Below, in pieces: positions 31,645 through 40,074 of a DNA stretch of 64,000 bases (positions within the stretch are counted from its first letter, which is position 1; each line of letters begins with the position of its first letter). This DNA comes from Nevskiales bacterium (GTDB taxonomy: Bacteria; Pseudomonadota; Gammaproteobacteria; Nevskiales; CAJXLF01), in the NCBI GenBank assembly GCA_041622995.1, contig JBFJXR010000001.1:104026-168025 (forward strand). Direction: 5' to 3'. The position numbers and the translations under genes were made by a program. Under the pieces are notes generated by a model, which worked only from the letters and a program-made list of their open reading frames with translations, made no database searches and was not told where the DNA came from.

Positions 31645-32175
31645 ATGGGTTATGAACTGATCGGCCCTGGCAAAAATGCCCCCGACGAAATTCACGTCAT
31701 TATCGAAATTCCAGCCGGCGGTGCGCCGGTCAAATATGAAGTCGACAAGGATAGTAATTGTCTTTACGTAGACCGCTTCATGAATGTGGCCATGCATTAC
31801 CCTGCCAACTACGGCTTCGTAAACAAGACTCTGTACGATGATGGCGATCCCGTAGACGTGCTGGTACTCACACCATATCCCGTCGTAGCCGGTTCTGTTA
31901 TCAAGTGCCGTCCCGTGGCCTACCTGAACACGGAAGACGAAGGCGGGTTAGATGCCAAGATACTGGCTGTGCCCACAGACAAGGTGTCGACTGGCTACTA
32001 CAAGGACATGAACGACCTTGCCGATATTCCTGACCGCCTCAAAAACGAAATCCAGCACTTCTTCGAACGTTATAAAGACAATGAAGAAGGCAAATGGGTC
32101 AAAGTTACCGGCTGGCATGGTGCTGCCGAAGCCAAAGTCGAGATCCAGCGCGCTATCGACGCTTACAAAGGTTAA
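31645..32175 (+). CDS. ppa: inorganic pyrophosphatase (family I)
   Basis: 176 aa with the signature DGDPVDVLV. Confidence 0.95.
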   Translation: MGYELIGPGKNAPDEIHVIIEIPAGGAPVKYEVDKDSNCLYVDRFMNVAMHYPANYGFVNKTLYDDGDPVDVLVLTPYPVVAGSVIKCRPVAYLNTEDEGGLDAKILAVPTDKVSTGYYKDMNDLADIPDRLKNEIQHFFERYKDNEEGKWVKVTGWHGAAEAKVEIQRAIDAYKG

Positions 32176-33083
32176 TCAACCGTTATTGACAATGCCCCGT
32201 CCGGTTCGCCTGGCGGGGCATTTTCTTGAGCCGCCGCTAATGACGCGGCTTCTTCGGCTGCGGCCTCTTCCTTCATCAGTTCACGCCAGAGGCTGTTAAC
32301 AGCCTGCTCACTGAGTTGCGACTGCCTGACACAGTCCTCGTCCTGACATTCCGCGACAGCACATTGAACGGAAGTCTCTTCAAACATATAGCGTCCGTCG
32401 ACCACATATTCATTCGGCGGCACACCATTGGCTTCAAACAGATCCGAGCCCTCTTTCAGGTTCAGCCAGAAATCATGCCACTTGTTTTTTCTGTGACGTG
32501 CAAGGTTTTCGTCGGTCAGCGGGAAAGGAAATACATGCACCTTGAACCTCTCCTGACCATTGAGCAGGGCAACTTCGGCCAGCGTATAGATTTCCTCGAT
32601 ACCCTCATCAGTCATGGCAAAACAGCCAGAAGAAGAGCAACCGCCATGCACCATGATGGCTGAACCGGTCCTGCCCAGCATGCGGTCATGATCGTTGGGA
32701 TATCGGATGTTAAATGCCAGATGGAAATCACTGAACGGGTGCATCCAGTCCGCGATGACCGAGTAGAAGCCCTCCGGCGCCTGTTCATCGCCCTGACTGA
32801 TTTTCGGCCCCAAATACCCCGAGCGCTCACATATCGGGTAGCTACGGAACAGCTCGAAGCGCTCGCCTTTCTTGAGCCAAAGCTCCAGCTGGTTACTTTG
32901 CTTGAAAATACGCACAAAAATTGGCGCACCCCATTCGAATCCGGCTTCCCGCAACTGCTCTTTAAGAATCGGGGTCTGCTGCTCTACTGCTTCACGGGAA
33001 TCTTCGCTGAACAACAGCTCGGCCCTGGCCGGGGCTGTAATCAAGATTGTAAAAATAAGGGAAATGTTGAGTACTAATCGCAT
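32172..33083 (-). CDS. L,D-transpeptidase family protein (YafK-like)
   Basis: 303 aa with a signal peptide and the catalytic motif MVHGGCSSSGCFAMTD (His...Cys of the YkuD fold). It has a low-complexity Ala/Glu tail. The ORF converges on ppa with a 4-nt overlap. Confidence 0.8.
   Translation of the reverse strand: MRLVLNISLIFTILITAPARAELLFSEDSREAVEQQTPILKEQLREAGFEWGAPIFVRIFKQSNQLELWLKKGERFELFRSYPICERSGYLGPKISQGDEQAPEGFYSVIADWMHPFSDFHLAFNIRYPNDHDRMLGRTGSAIMVHGGCSSSGCFAMTDEGIEEIYTLAEVALLNGQERFKVHVFPFPLTDENLARHRKNKWHDFWLNLKEGSDLFEANGVPPNEYVVDGRYMFEETSVQCAVAECQDEDCVRQSQLSEQAVNSLWRELMKEEAAAEEAASLAAAQENAPPGEPDGALSITVD
32191..32228 (+). terminator. intrinsic terminator after ppa, embedded in the 3' coding tail of the convergent gene
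   Basis: ATGCCCCG (32192-32199) pairs with CGGGGCAT (32214-32221), followed by TTTCTT. Confidence 0.55.
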
Positions 33084-33235
33084 GTAAATCTCCTACGAAC
33101 TCAGCATGCCCAATTCAGTGATATATTTCCACACATCTTATACTTCAACCATTGCCCGCAACACAGGCATTACTCGCTGTCGCAATTCGCCATCTTTTTT
33201 CCTAAGATGGGCAGCCAACAGACTATCGACACGCC

Positions 33236-34753
33236 ATGCAAGACAAGAAAAATCTGGAACTGCTGCTGACTTCACACTTCCCTATCCTCGTTATCGAGAC
33301 ACACGAGGAAGAGCGTGCCCGTGAGAATCTGAAGCAGGTCATTCGTCCGATGGGTAAAAGCATGCTTACATGGAGTGCCGCACAGGGATTACAAAACAGC
33401 TTAGTCGGCGATATTCACGCCCTTGAACTGGTCGCGCCGGACGTACCTTCTATGGATGAAGAAGAATTACCCACTCCACGCGAGATGCTTGAACACCTGG
33501 ATCGGAAAATAAAAAACTCCGTCATTGTGCTTCTGGACTTCCACCCCTACCTTGAAGATCCACGTACCTTGAGACAGCTCAAGGAAATTGCACAGAAGCT
33601 GTATTTACACAACAACAGCCTGGTTCTTATTAGTCACCAGCTGAATATACCCGCAGAAATTGAAAGACTTTGCACCCATTATCAATTAACCCTGCCCGAT
33701 GCTGACCGGGTGAAAAAACTGGTGCATGACGAAGCTCGAAAATGGCAACTGAAAAACGACAACAGGAAAGTCAGTGCCGACACAAAAGCCATGGACTTGT
33801 TAATCCGCAATTTGCTGGGTCTAACGGTCAGCGATGCGCAGCGCCTGATCAGAAATGCCATTTATGATGATGGCGCAATTACCCACAGTGATATTGAAGC
33901 TGTCATGGATGCAAAATACCGTCTGGGTGGTCAGGACGGCATTCTTTCCTTCGAGTACGACACAGCCAGGTTTTCGGATATTGGTGGATTTGCCAATATG
34001 AAATCCTGGCTGAAAAAACGCAAGGCTTACTTTCTGAGAGCGGACATTAATAACACCATAGATATGCCCAAGGGTGTACTGCTGCTCGGGGTTCAGGGTT
34101 GCGGCAAAAGCCTGGCGGCCAAAACCATTGCCGGCGCCTGGGGAGTACCCCTGATTCGCATGGACTTCGGCGCGATTTACAGCAAATGGATCGGTGAAAC
34201 AGAAAAAAATATTCGGGACGCATTGAAGTCAGCTGAATCACTTGCGCCATGTGTGCTCTGGGTCGACGAAATAGAAAAGGGTATTCAGTCCGGAGATGCC
34301 GATGGTGGCACTTCGGGTCGGGTACTTGGCACCTTGCTCACATGGATGGCCGAAAGGCAGGCGCCAGTATTTATGGTGGCAACCGCCAATGATGTTTCAT
34401 CACTCCCCCCGGAACTGATGCGCAAGGGCCGAATCGATGAAATTTTCTTCGTTGACCTGCCAGATGCAGACACGCGGCAGGACATTCTGAGCGTGCATCT
34501 GAAGAAACGGGAAATGAATCCAGAAACGTTTAATCTCACCGTACTGGCTCAGCTCAGCGAGGGGTTTTCTGGCGCGGAACTGGAACAGGCCGTAGTCGCC
34601 GCACGGTTTTCTGCTACCTTTGATCACTGTGCGCTTTCCACAGAACACATTGCAGCAGAGCTAAAACAAACCAGACCCTTGTCGGTCGTTCGTCATGAAG
34701 ACATCGCAAGACTAAGACATTGGGCAAAGGAACGAACCGTTCCCGCCAACTAG
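33236..34753 (+). CDS. Ycf46-like AAA+ ATPase
   Basis: 505 aa. The C-terminal AAA module has Walker A GVQGCGKS, Walker B VLWVDEIEK and MRKGRIDEIFF. The N-terminal about 250 aa (FPILVIETHEEERA...) resembles the Ycf46 family layout. Confidence 0.8.
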   Translation: MQDKKNLELLLTSHFPILVIETHEEERARENLKQVIRPMGKSMLTWSAAQGLQNSLVGDIHALELVAPDVPSMDEEELPTPREMLEHLDRKIKNSVIVLLDFHPYLEDPRTLRQLKEIAQKLYLHNNSLVLISHQLNIPAEIERLCTHYQLTLPDADRVKKLVHDEARKWQLKNDNRKVSADTKAMDLLIRNLLGLTVSDAQRLIRNAIYDDGAITHSDIEAVMDAKYRLGGQDGILSFEYDTARFSDIGGFANMKSWLKKRKAYFLRADINNTIDMPKGVLLLGVQGCGKSLAAKTIAGAWGVPLIRMDFGAIYSKWIGETEKNIRDALKSAESLAPCVLWVDEIEKGIQSGDADGGTSGRVLGTLLTWMAERQAPVFMVATANDVSSLPPELMRKGRIDEIFFVDLPDADTRQDILSVHLKKREMNPETFNLTVLAQLSEGFSGAELEQAVVAARFSATFDHCALSTEHIAAELKQTRPLSVVRHEDIARLRHWAKERTVPAN

Positions 34754-34834
34754 CCTGCACTTATTGACTCGTGAGTACGGTTCAGGGTTTAAGCTTCTTC
34801 TGACAAAACAACTTCACTCGACTAATCTATTCAT

Positions 34835-35776
34835 ATGCATGCCCACCATCACGGACCCCAGGAACACGACCACCATTTAGGCCACGCCCATGGGCATGGC
34901 CATCTTGGCTGGGCGCTGGTATTTACTCTTGGCTTCGCCGCCGTAGAAGCCGTGGCCGGCTGGTGGTCAGGCTCATTGGCATTGCTCGGTGATGCCGGAC
35001 ACATGGTGACCGATGCCAGCGCTCTGGGTCTGGCTGCATTGGCTGGCACAATTGCCCGGGGTGGCGTGACCCGTAAGCATTCGTTTGGACTGGGGCGGTT
35101 CGAGGTACTGGCTGCAGCCATCAACGCCCTGTTCATGCTCGCCATCGTCACAGGCATAATCTACGCAGCCGTGCAGCGATTCCAGCATCCCCAGCCCGTT
35201 GATGGCCCGGTAGTGGCTATTGTTGCGACGGTTGGCCTGATCATCAATCTGATCGTCCTGAAGACACTGAGTCACGGCCATCAGGACATGAACACTCGTG
35301 GCGCCGTATTGCATGTCATGGGAGACATGCTGGGCTCTGTGGCTGCACTGGCCTCCGGGCTCGTCATCATGGCAACTGGCTGGCTGATGATCGACCCCAT
35401 ACTCTCGCTGGTGATATGTGTCGTAATTCTGATCTCCAGTCTTCGCCTCCTATGGGAAGCGATGCATGTATTTATGGAAGGAGTTCCCAGGCATTTGAAG
35501 ATAGAAGACGTTGGTAATGCGATGGCCGCAACTGATCAGGTGTGCTCCATCCATGACCTCCACATCTGGAATCTGTCATCCAGTGAAGTCGCACTTTCGG
35601 CACACGTCATACTGCGCAACATGGATGACTGGCAGAAAGCACTCGCTGATTTACAGGCCATGCTGATTGAGAAATTCGGCATTCACCACGCCACGCTTCA
35701 GCCGGAACTTCCACAGCAAATCAATATTCCCATTAGTGAAATCGGCAGGGCACCTTCGAACTCTGCACATGAATGA
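34835..35776 (+). CDS. cation diffusion facilitator (Zn/Co/Cd efflux, CzcD/ZitB-like)
   Basis: 313 aa with a His-rich N-terminus (MHAHHHGPQEHDHHLGHAHGHGH), 6 TM segments with LLGDAGHMVTD and HVMGDMLGS motifs, and a cytoplasmic C-domain. Confidence 0.9.
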   Translation: MHAHHHGPQEHDHHLGHAHGHGHLGWALVFTLGFAAVEAVAGWWSGSLALLGDAGHMVTDASALGLAALAGTIARGGVTRKHSFGLGRFEVLAAAINALFMLAIVTGIIYAAVQRFQHPQPVDGPVVAIVATVGLIINLIVLKTLSHGHQDMNTRGAVLHVMGDMLGSVAALASGLVIMATGWLMIDPILSLVICVVILISSLRLLWEAMHVFMEGVPRHLKIEDVGNAMAATDQVCSIHDLHIWNLSSSEVALSAHVILRNMDDWQKALADLQAMLIEKFGIHHATLQPELPQQINIPISEIGRAPSNSAHE

Positions 35777-36140
35777 ATTACTGACGAATATGCAAAGGGC
35801 GCAGTTGACGACTCGACTTAAGGAATATTGCCTGGAACTACGAAATACTCTGGAAAACGGTCAGGCCGCAGGTAAAACTGTTGAACTTGATCAGACTCGC
35901 CAGGGACGCCTTTCAAGAATGGATGCCATGCAAGGCCAGGCTATGGCCCAGGCAGCAACTGCCCGGACCCGGAAACAAATAAAGCTGGCGGAAACCCGCC
36001 TGAATCAGGTAAATGACTCACACTTTGGTTGCTGTGATGAATGCGGAGAACTCATTGTTTTTGCACGCCTGATGTCAAACCCGACTGCCTGTCTATGTAT
36101 TCAGTGTGCACAAACCCTGGAAACCAACCACGCCCGTTAA
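35769..36140 (+). CDS. TraR/DksA-family C4 zinc-finger protein
   Basis: The track ORF starts at 35667 inside the CDF gene. The ATG at 35769 overlaps the CDF stop by 8 nt. The product has a coiled-coil region followed by CDECG-x17-CIQC. Confidence 0.75.
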   Translation: MNELLTNMQRAQLTTRLKEYCLELRNTLENGQAAGKTVELDQTRQGRLSRMDAMQGQAMAQAATARTRKQIKLAETRLNQVNDSHFGCCDECGELIVFARLMSNPTACLCIQCAQTLETNHAR

Positions 36141-36152
36141 GGCCTGCAGCCA

Positions 36153-37157
36153 TCAGTTTGCAATTTCACAGGTGATGGCTTCGGCCCCATCCAGTTCCAG
36201 GGTCGCCGTATCGGAGGTAAACCTGAAGAGGGTTGCGCCATCCGCAAACACTGAAGAATCCCAACTGTCCTTCTCCTGGAGAACCAGTTCCCGACCATCT
36301 TCCAACTGCAGCAATAACTGGCTGCTATTGCCTTCCTGTACCAAGACAGTTGCAATTTCAGTGTCGTCATCACAGTCATAGATAACCGTGGGTTCGGATT
36401 TAATCTCCGAATCCATCTGACAACAACCTTTCAGGGTTTCTCCGGGGGTATCCATACGTACAGAATAATTAAAATACCTTTCATCATCCGATTCGGCTTT
36501 CCTGTCTTCACAGTGTCCGGGCAACACTCTCAGCTTGAGCTTATCGGCCTGCCCTGACTCACCTTCCCATTCATAAAACGCACCGCCATCCGGCCCGAAC
36601 AATGCCGTATAGCCACCTGAGTACTCTATTTCCTTTGGCATGTCTCCCTGTGTTAGAAAATCGAGCGTTCCCTCGGCTACAGTTAACTGCCAGGCTGGCC
36701 GGTTTCCCCTGCAGGTAAATACCGGACCTTCGCCGCTTTCGGCTATTGCAGCTGCAACTGCATCTACAGTGATGCTGATTTCAACATTGCGTTCTGCCAG
36801 TGAAACACCCACAAGCTCGGTTGTGGTAAAACGTAGGCCGGTGCTGTCATGGATTTTGGCGGCCACCGCATAGCGATGGTTTTCTTTGACTTTTCTGTGG
36901 TCATAAACCAGTTTGAACTCAATCGGTACCTGCTGGCCGTTCAGCACGATTCGCTGTTCAGCCAGTACGACTGTGTCGACATCCTCCGCAGACACATCCT
37001 CCAGCGCTACCGTTAATACGGCATGATTCGGCAATTCCGTGGATTGCAGATAACTCACATCACCACTGACCACCCATTGATGGCGCTCAGGAATGCTGCT
37101 GTCACAGGCTGCCAGGCCCAACATGACAGCGATGGTCAATATTTTATTTAATTTCAT
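36153..37157 (-). CDS. multi-domain lipoprotein (YbaY-like N-domain, MliC-like C-domain)
   Basis: 334 aa with the lipobox LAAC. The N-terminal part resembles YbaY (AVLTVALEDVS...IEFKLVYD...HRYAVAAKIHD). A central CRGNRPAWQL module follows. The C-terminal YDCDDD...LELDGAEAITC resembles the MliC fold pattern. Confidence 0.6.
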   Translation of the reverse strand: MKLNKILTIAVMLGLAACDSSIPERHQWVVSGDVSYLQSTELPNHAVLTVALEDVSAEDVDTVVLAEQRIVLNGQQVPIEFKLVYDHRKVKENHRYAVAAKIHDSTGLRFTTTELVGVSLAERNVEISITVDAVAAAIAESGEGPVFTCRGNRPAWQLTVAEGTLDFLTQGDMPKEIEYSGGYTALFGPDGGAFYEWEGESGQADKLKLRVLPGHCEDRKAESDDERYFNYSVRMDTPGETLKGCCQMDSEIKSEPTVIYDCDDDTEIATVLVQEGNSSQLLLQLEDGRELVLQEKDSWDSSVFADGATLFRFTSDTATLELDGAEAITCEIAN

Positions 37158-37255
37158 TTACATTCCGTCGCTCTAACTTCGGCTCGAGTATCCAAGGGTA
37201 AAATGACCTTAATCCCGACATTAACCCAAGCATAGAATAAATTCAGTTATTGATG

Positions 37256-37273
37256 CCAATATGACAATATTGG
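37256..37273. promoter_or_regulatory. inverted repeat upstream of the TauD-family gene (candidate operator)
   Basis: CCAATAT-GACA-ATATTGG, located 22 nt upstream of the ATG at 37295. Confidence 0.3.
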
Positions 37274-37294
37274 TCGCTCACCAGAGACCTTTAA

Positions 37295-38362
37295 ATGTAT
37301 AAATCACTCCGCGCGCAAACATTGCACTATTTTGCCCGTCCACATGAATCCGTGCTGCGACACCCCCTGCATGGCCCATCCGCGTGGCTGGGAAAAACGC
37401 TGCGCGAGCAGGATGACTGGCAATACCGACTATGTGATGCCGAAATTGGCGAGCTCGAGGCAGCCCTGAGCCATGCAGAAAAGTCCGGCAAACCGCTTGA
37501 AAAACTTACAGGGGAAGATTTCCCCCTGCCAACACTAAAGCAACATATCAGGGAGTGGCGGCATGATATTCGTTTTGGTCGTGGCTTCATTCTGATTCGC
37601 GGCCTTCCTGTCCATAAATGGAGTGAAGCCCAGACATCGATGGTGTATTGGTGTCTCGGACATCACTTCGGAATACCGGGCGCCCAGAATCCCGAGGGCG
37701 ATCTGCTCGGCCATGTCAGAGATCAGAATACAGGCAAGGATGTTCGTTACTACCGTACCAACAAAGCCATTGCACCACATTGTGATGCCGCCGATTTCGT
37801 CGGACTGCTTTGTCTGCAAAAGGCCAAGAGCGGAGGCCTGTCGCGTATTGCCAGCTCAATCTCAGTCTATAACGAACTGTTACGCCTCAAACCACATCTT
37901 GTTGACCGACTCTATCGACCCGTCTGGTTTGATACCAAAGGCGACGGCGATATTCGCGCCTTCCCCATCAGTCCCTGCGCCTATGCCGATGGAGAGCTGC
38001 GAACATTCTGGCAGAGCGACTACTATCGGCAGGCCCAGAAATTCAGCTTTGTGCCGGAGTTTTCGTCAGAAGAACAGGACCTGCTGGACAGCTACGACGC
38101 AATTGCCGGCCACCCTGATTTCTATCTGGACATGGATCTGGAACCAGGAGATATCCAGCTGATTTCCAATCATACAATTCTGCACGCACGCACCGGGTTC
38201 GAAGACTGGGATGATCCGGAAAAACTGCGGCACCTGCTCAGACTCTGGATATCAATTCCGGAAAAGAAATCACTGAAAACACGTTGGCTTACAACTAAAA
38301 GTCTGGTCAGTCTGCTCGCCACTTCCAGCCGGGAATTATTGCGTAATAAAATTACTGCCTGA
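37295..38362 (+). CDS. TauD/TfdA-family Fe(II)/2-oxoglutarate dioxygenase
   Basis: 355 aa with an H-x-D facial-triad context (APHCDAADF), a distal His (NHTILHART) and a family-typical length. Confidence 0.8.
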   Translation: MYKSLRAQTLHYFARPHESVLRHPLHGPSAWLGKTLREQDDWQYRLCDAEIGELEAALSHAEKSGKPLEKLTGEDFPLPTLKQHIREWRHDIRFGRGFILIRGLPVHKWSEAQTSMVYWCLGHHFGIPGAQNPEGDLLGHVRDQNTGKDVRYYRTNKAIAPHCDAADFVGLLCLQKAKSGGLSRIASSISVYNELLRLKPHLVDRLYRPVWFDTKGDGDIRAFPISPCAYADGELRTFWQSDYYRQAQKFSFVPEFSSEEQDLLDSYDAIAGHPDFYLDMDLEPGDIQLISNHTILHARTGFEDWDDPEKLRHLLRLWISIPEKKSLKTRWLTTKSLVSLLATSSRELLRNKITA

Positions 38363-38364
38363 AA

Positions 38365-39252
38365 TTAGAAAAATAATTCTTCCTGTTCCAGTAATGTTCT
38401 GGCTTCACGAAGTAACAACAGATTCCAGGGCCTGTATCCTACCAACTCATCTAGCGGCTGAGCAGCCACCCACTGCAAATCTGACCTGTAGGAATCAACA
38501 TCACCCATAGCCACTGCGAAATACTTGGCACGTCCCCAACGGGGCACAATATTTCGTTGACTCACAGCAGCTGCTTCAGCCAGATAAGCACGCGCCTTTT
38601 CACGGTCTCCGCCATAAAATTCAGGTTGCGCAAGGTAGTAAATCCCCCATGACATAAGGTTATTGCCCCACATTGCATTTCGATCCAGCGCTTCCTGACG
38701 CTCCATCACTGCCACAGCTTCTTTCAGGCGTGGGTAACGCCAAAGCTTGGCGATAGGGCCGGATGCCTCTCTGAACGAGTAAAACATGGCCGTCTTCCAG
38801 AACTCCATGGCCTCCATCTGACGTTCGTCGAGAAACGCCAGCCCTTCCTCAAAAGATTTGCCATTCATACGGGCAAGCTGGTACGTACCATCGGTATTAA
38901 AAGCTTCAAGCGCGTAGTCCATTGCCTGATCATAGGCTCGGGCCTTGGCGCTACCACCTTCTGTATACCCGGCACCGAGCAAGGTATAGGCATTGGCGAG
39001 CCGCGCACGACTGGCATAATCACCGGGGTGTGCTCTGGCATACCGTTCAAGTGCATCAATAGCGAGCAAAAGGCTTTCATGACTATCTGCTGCATCAAAA
39101 GCAGCCAGCGCCTGTGAATAAGTCACGGGGATGGAATCCACCACAACGACTCTTTGACCTTGATTACTGGGATTACTGGCACAGGCCGAGAGGATCACAC
39201 CTGCGAGCAGGGCAGTTAAATATTTTAAAACCATAGGAACGTATTCTTTCAT
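38365..39252 (-). CDS. TPR-like lipoprotein, TatT (TRAP-T accessory) family-like
   Basis: 295 aa with the lipobox LSAC. Helical repeats and the segment YYLAQPEFYGGDREKARAYLAEA resemble TatT-family proteins. Confidence 0.55.
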   Translation of the reverse strand: MKEYVPMVLKYLTALLAGVILSACASNPSNQGQRVVVVDSIPVTYSQALAAFDAADSHESLLLAIDALERYARAHPGDYASRARLANAYTLLGAGYTEGGSAKARAYDQAMDYALEAFNTDGTYQLARMNGKSFEEGLAFLDERQMEAMEFWKTAMFYSFREASGPIAKLWRYPRLKEAVAVMERQEALDRNAMWGNNLMSWGIYYLAQPEFYGGDREKARAYLAEAAAVSQRNIVPRWGRAKYFAVAMGDVDSYRSDLQWVAAQPLDELVGYRPWNLLLLREARTLLEQEELFF

Positions 39253-39336
39253 TGTTAACCTGCCTTTAGTTGGCGTAACTTGTTAGTCTTGTCCGACACC
39301 GTGATACCACTTGACCAGCTTATAGAAAATGAAACG

Positions 39337-40074
39337 ATGCGCAATCTACACATACTAACAATACTGATCGTAATCACCGTAATGGGCAGCGGCTGTGTCA
39401 GCCTGTTTCAACCGAAAACAGAAGCCAGCCTGCCCTATGAAATATACGGCGATATCGGCTCAGCGAAGCATGTGACAGTCTTGTTGCCGGGAATTCGAGA
39501 TCGCATTACGGACTTCACCGACAAGGGGTTTATCACCATTGCCGCACCCTTACTCGAGGAATTTCCTGATAATGCGCTGATCACGGTCGATGCACATTGG
39601 GGGTATTACCGCGAACGAGTCATTGACCAACGTTTGGCCGAAGATATACTTGCCCGCTACCCGGACAAGACGTTTACCTTTGTCGGCATTAGTCTGGGTG
39701 GCTTTGGTTCATTGCTGATGGCCACCAAACACAGCGAGCGCATTGACAAACTTATGCTGCTTTCACCCTTCATGGGCGACGATGATTACAAGTACCTTAC
39801 GCGCCTGAAGAAGACGGGCCCCGTAGACAGGGATGGCGACGAGGATCTTGAGAGCGCATTGAATAATGCGTGGCGATTTATGTCAGATTCCAAGCGTAAA
39901 ACCCCAATCTATCTTGGCTACGGGCAAGACGATGACTTTGTGCCTTACTACGACCATCTGCGTGCCATGAAACCCGAAAACATCCAATTTCTGGAGATCC
40001 GTGGTGACCATGACTGGGAAACCTGGCGTACGCTCTGGAAAACACTGGCACCCATGGCCATGATGTCCTACTAG
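39337..40074 (+). CDS. alpha/beta hydrolase lipoprotein (esterase-like)
   Basis: The track ORF starts with TTG at 39280. The ATG at 39337 gives a signal peptide with the lipobox GSGC. The nucleophile elbow is GISLGG. Confidence 0.7.
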   Translation: MRNLHILTILIVITVMGSGCVSLFQPKTEASLPYEIYGDIGSAKHVTVLLPGIRDRITDFTDKGFITIAAPLLEEFPDNALITVDAHWGYYRERVIDQRLAEDILARYPDKTFTFVGISLGGFGSLLMATKHSERIDKLMLLSPFMGDDDYKYLTRLKKTGPVDRDGDEDLESALNNAWRFMSDSKRKTPIYLGYGQDDDFVPYYDHLRAMKPENIQFLEIRGDHDWETWRTLWKTLAPMAMMSY

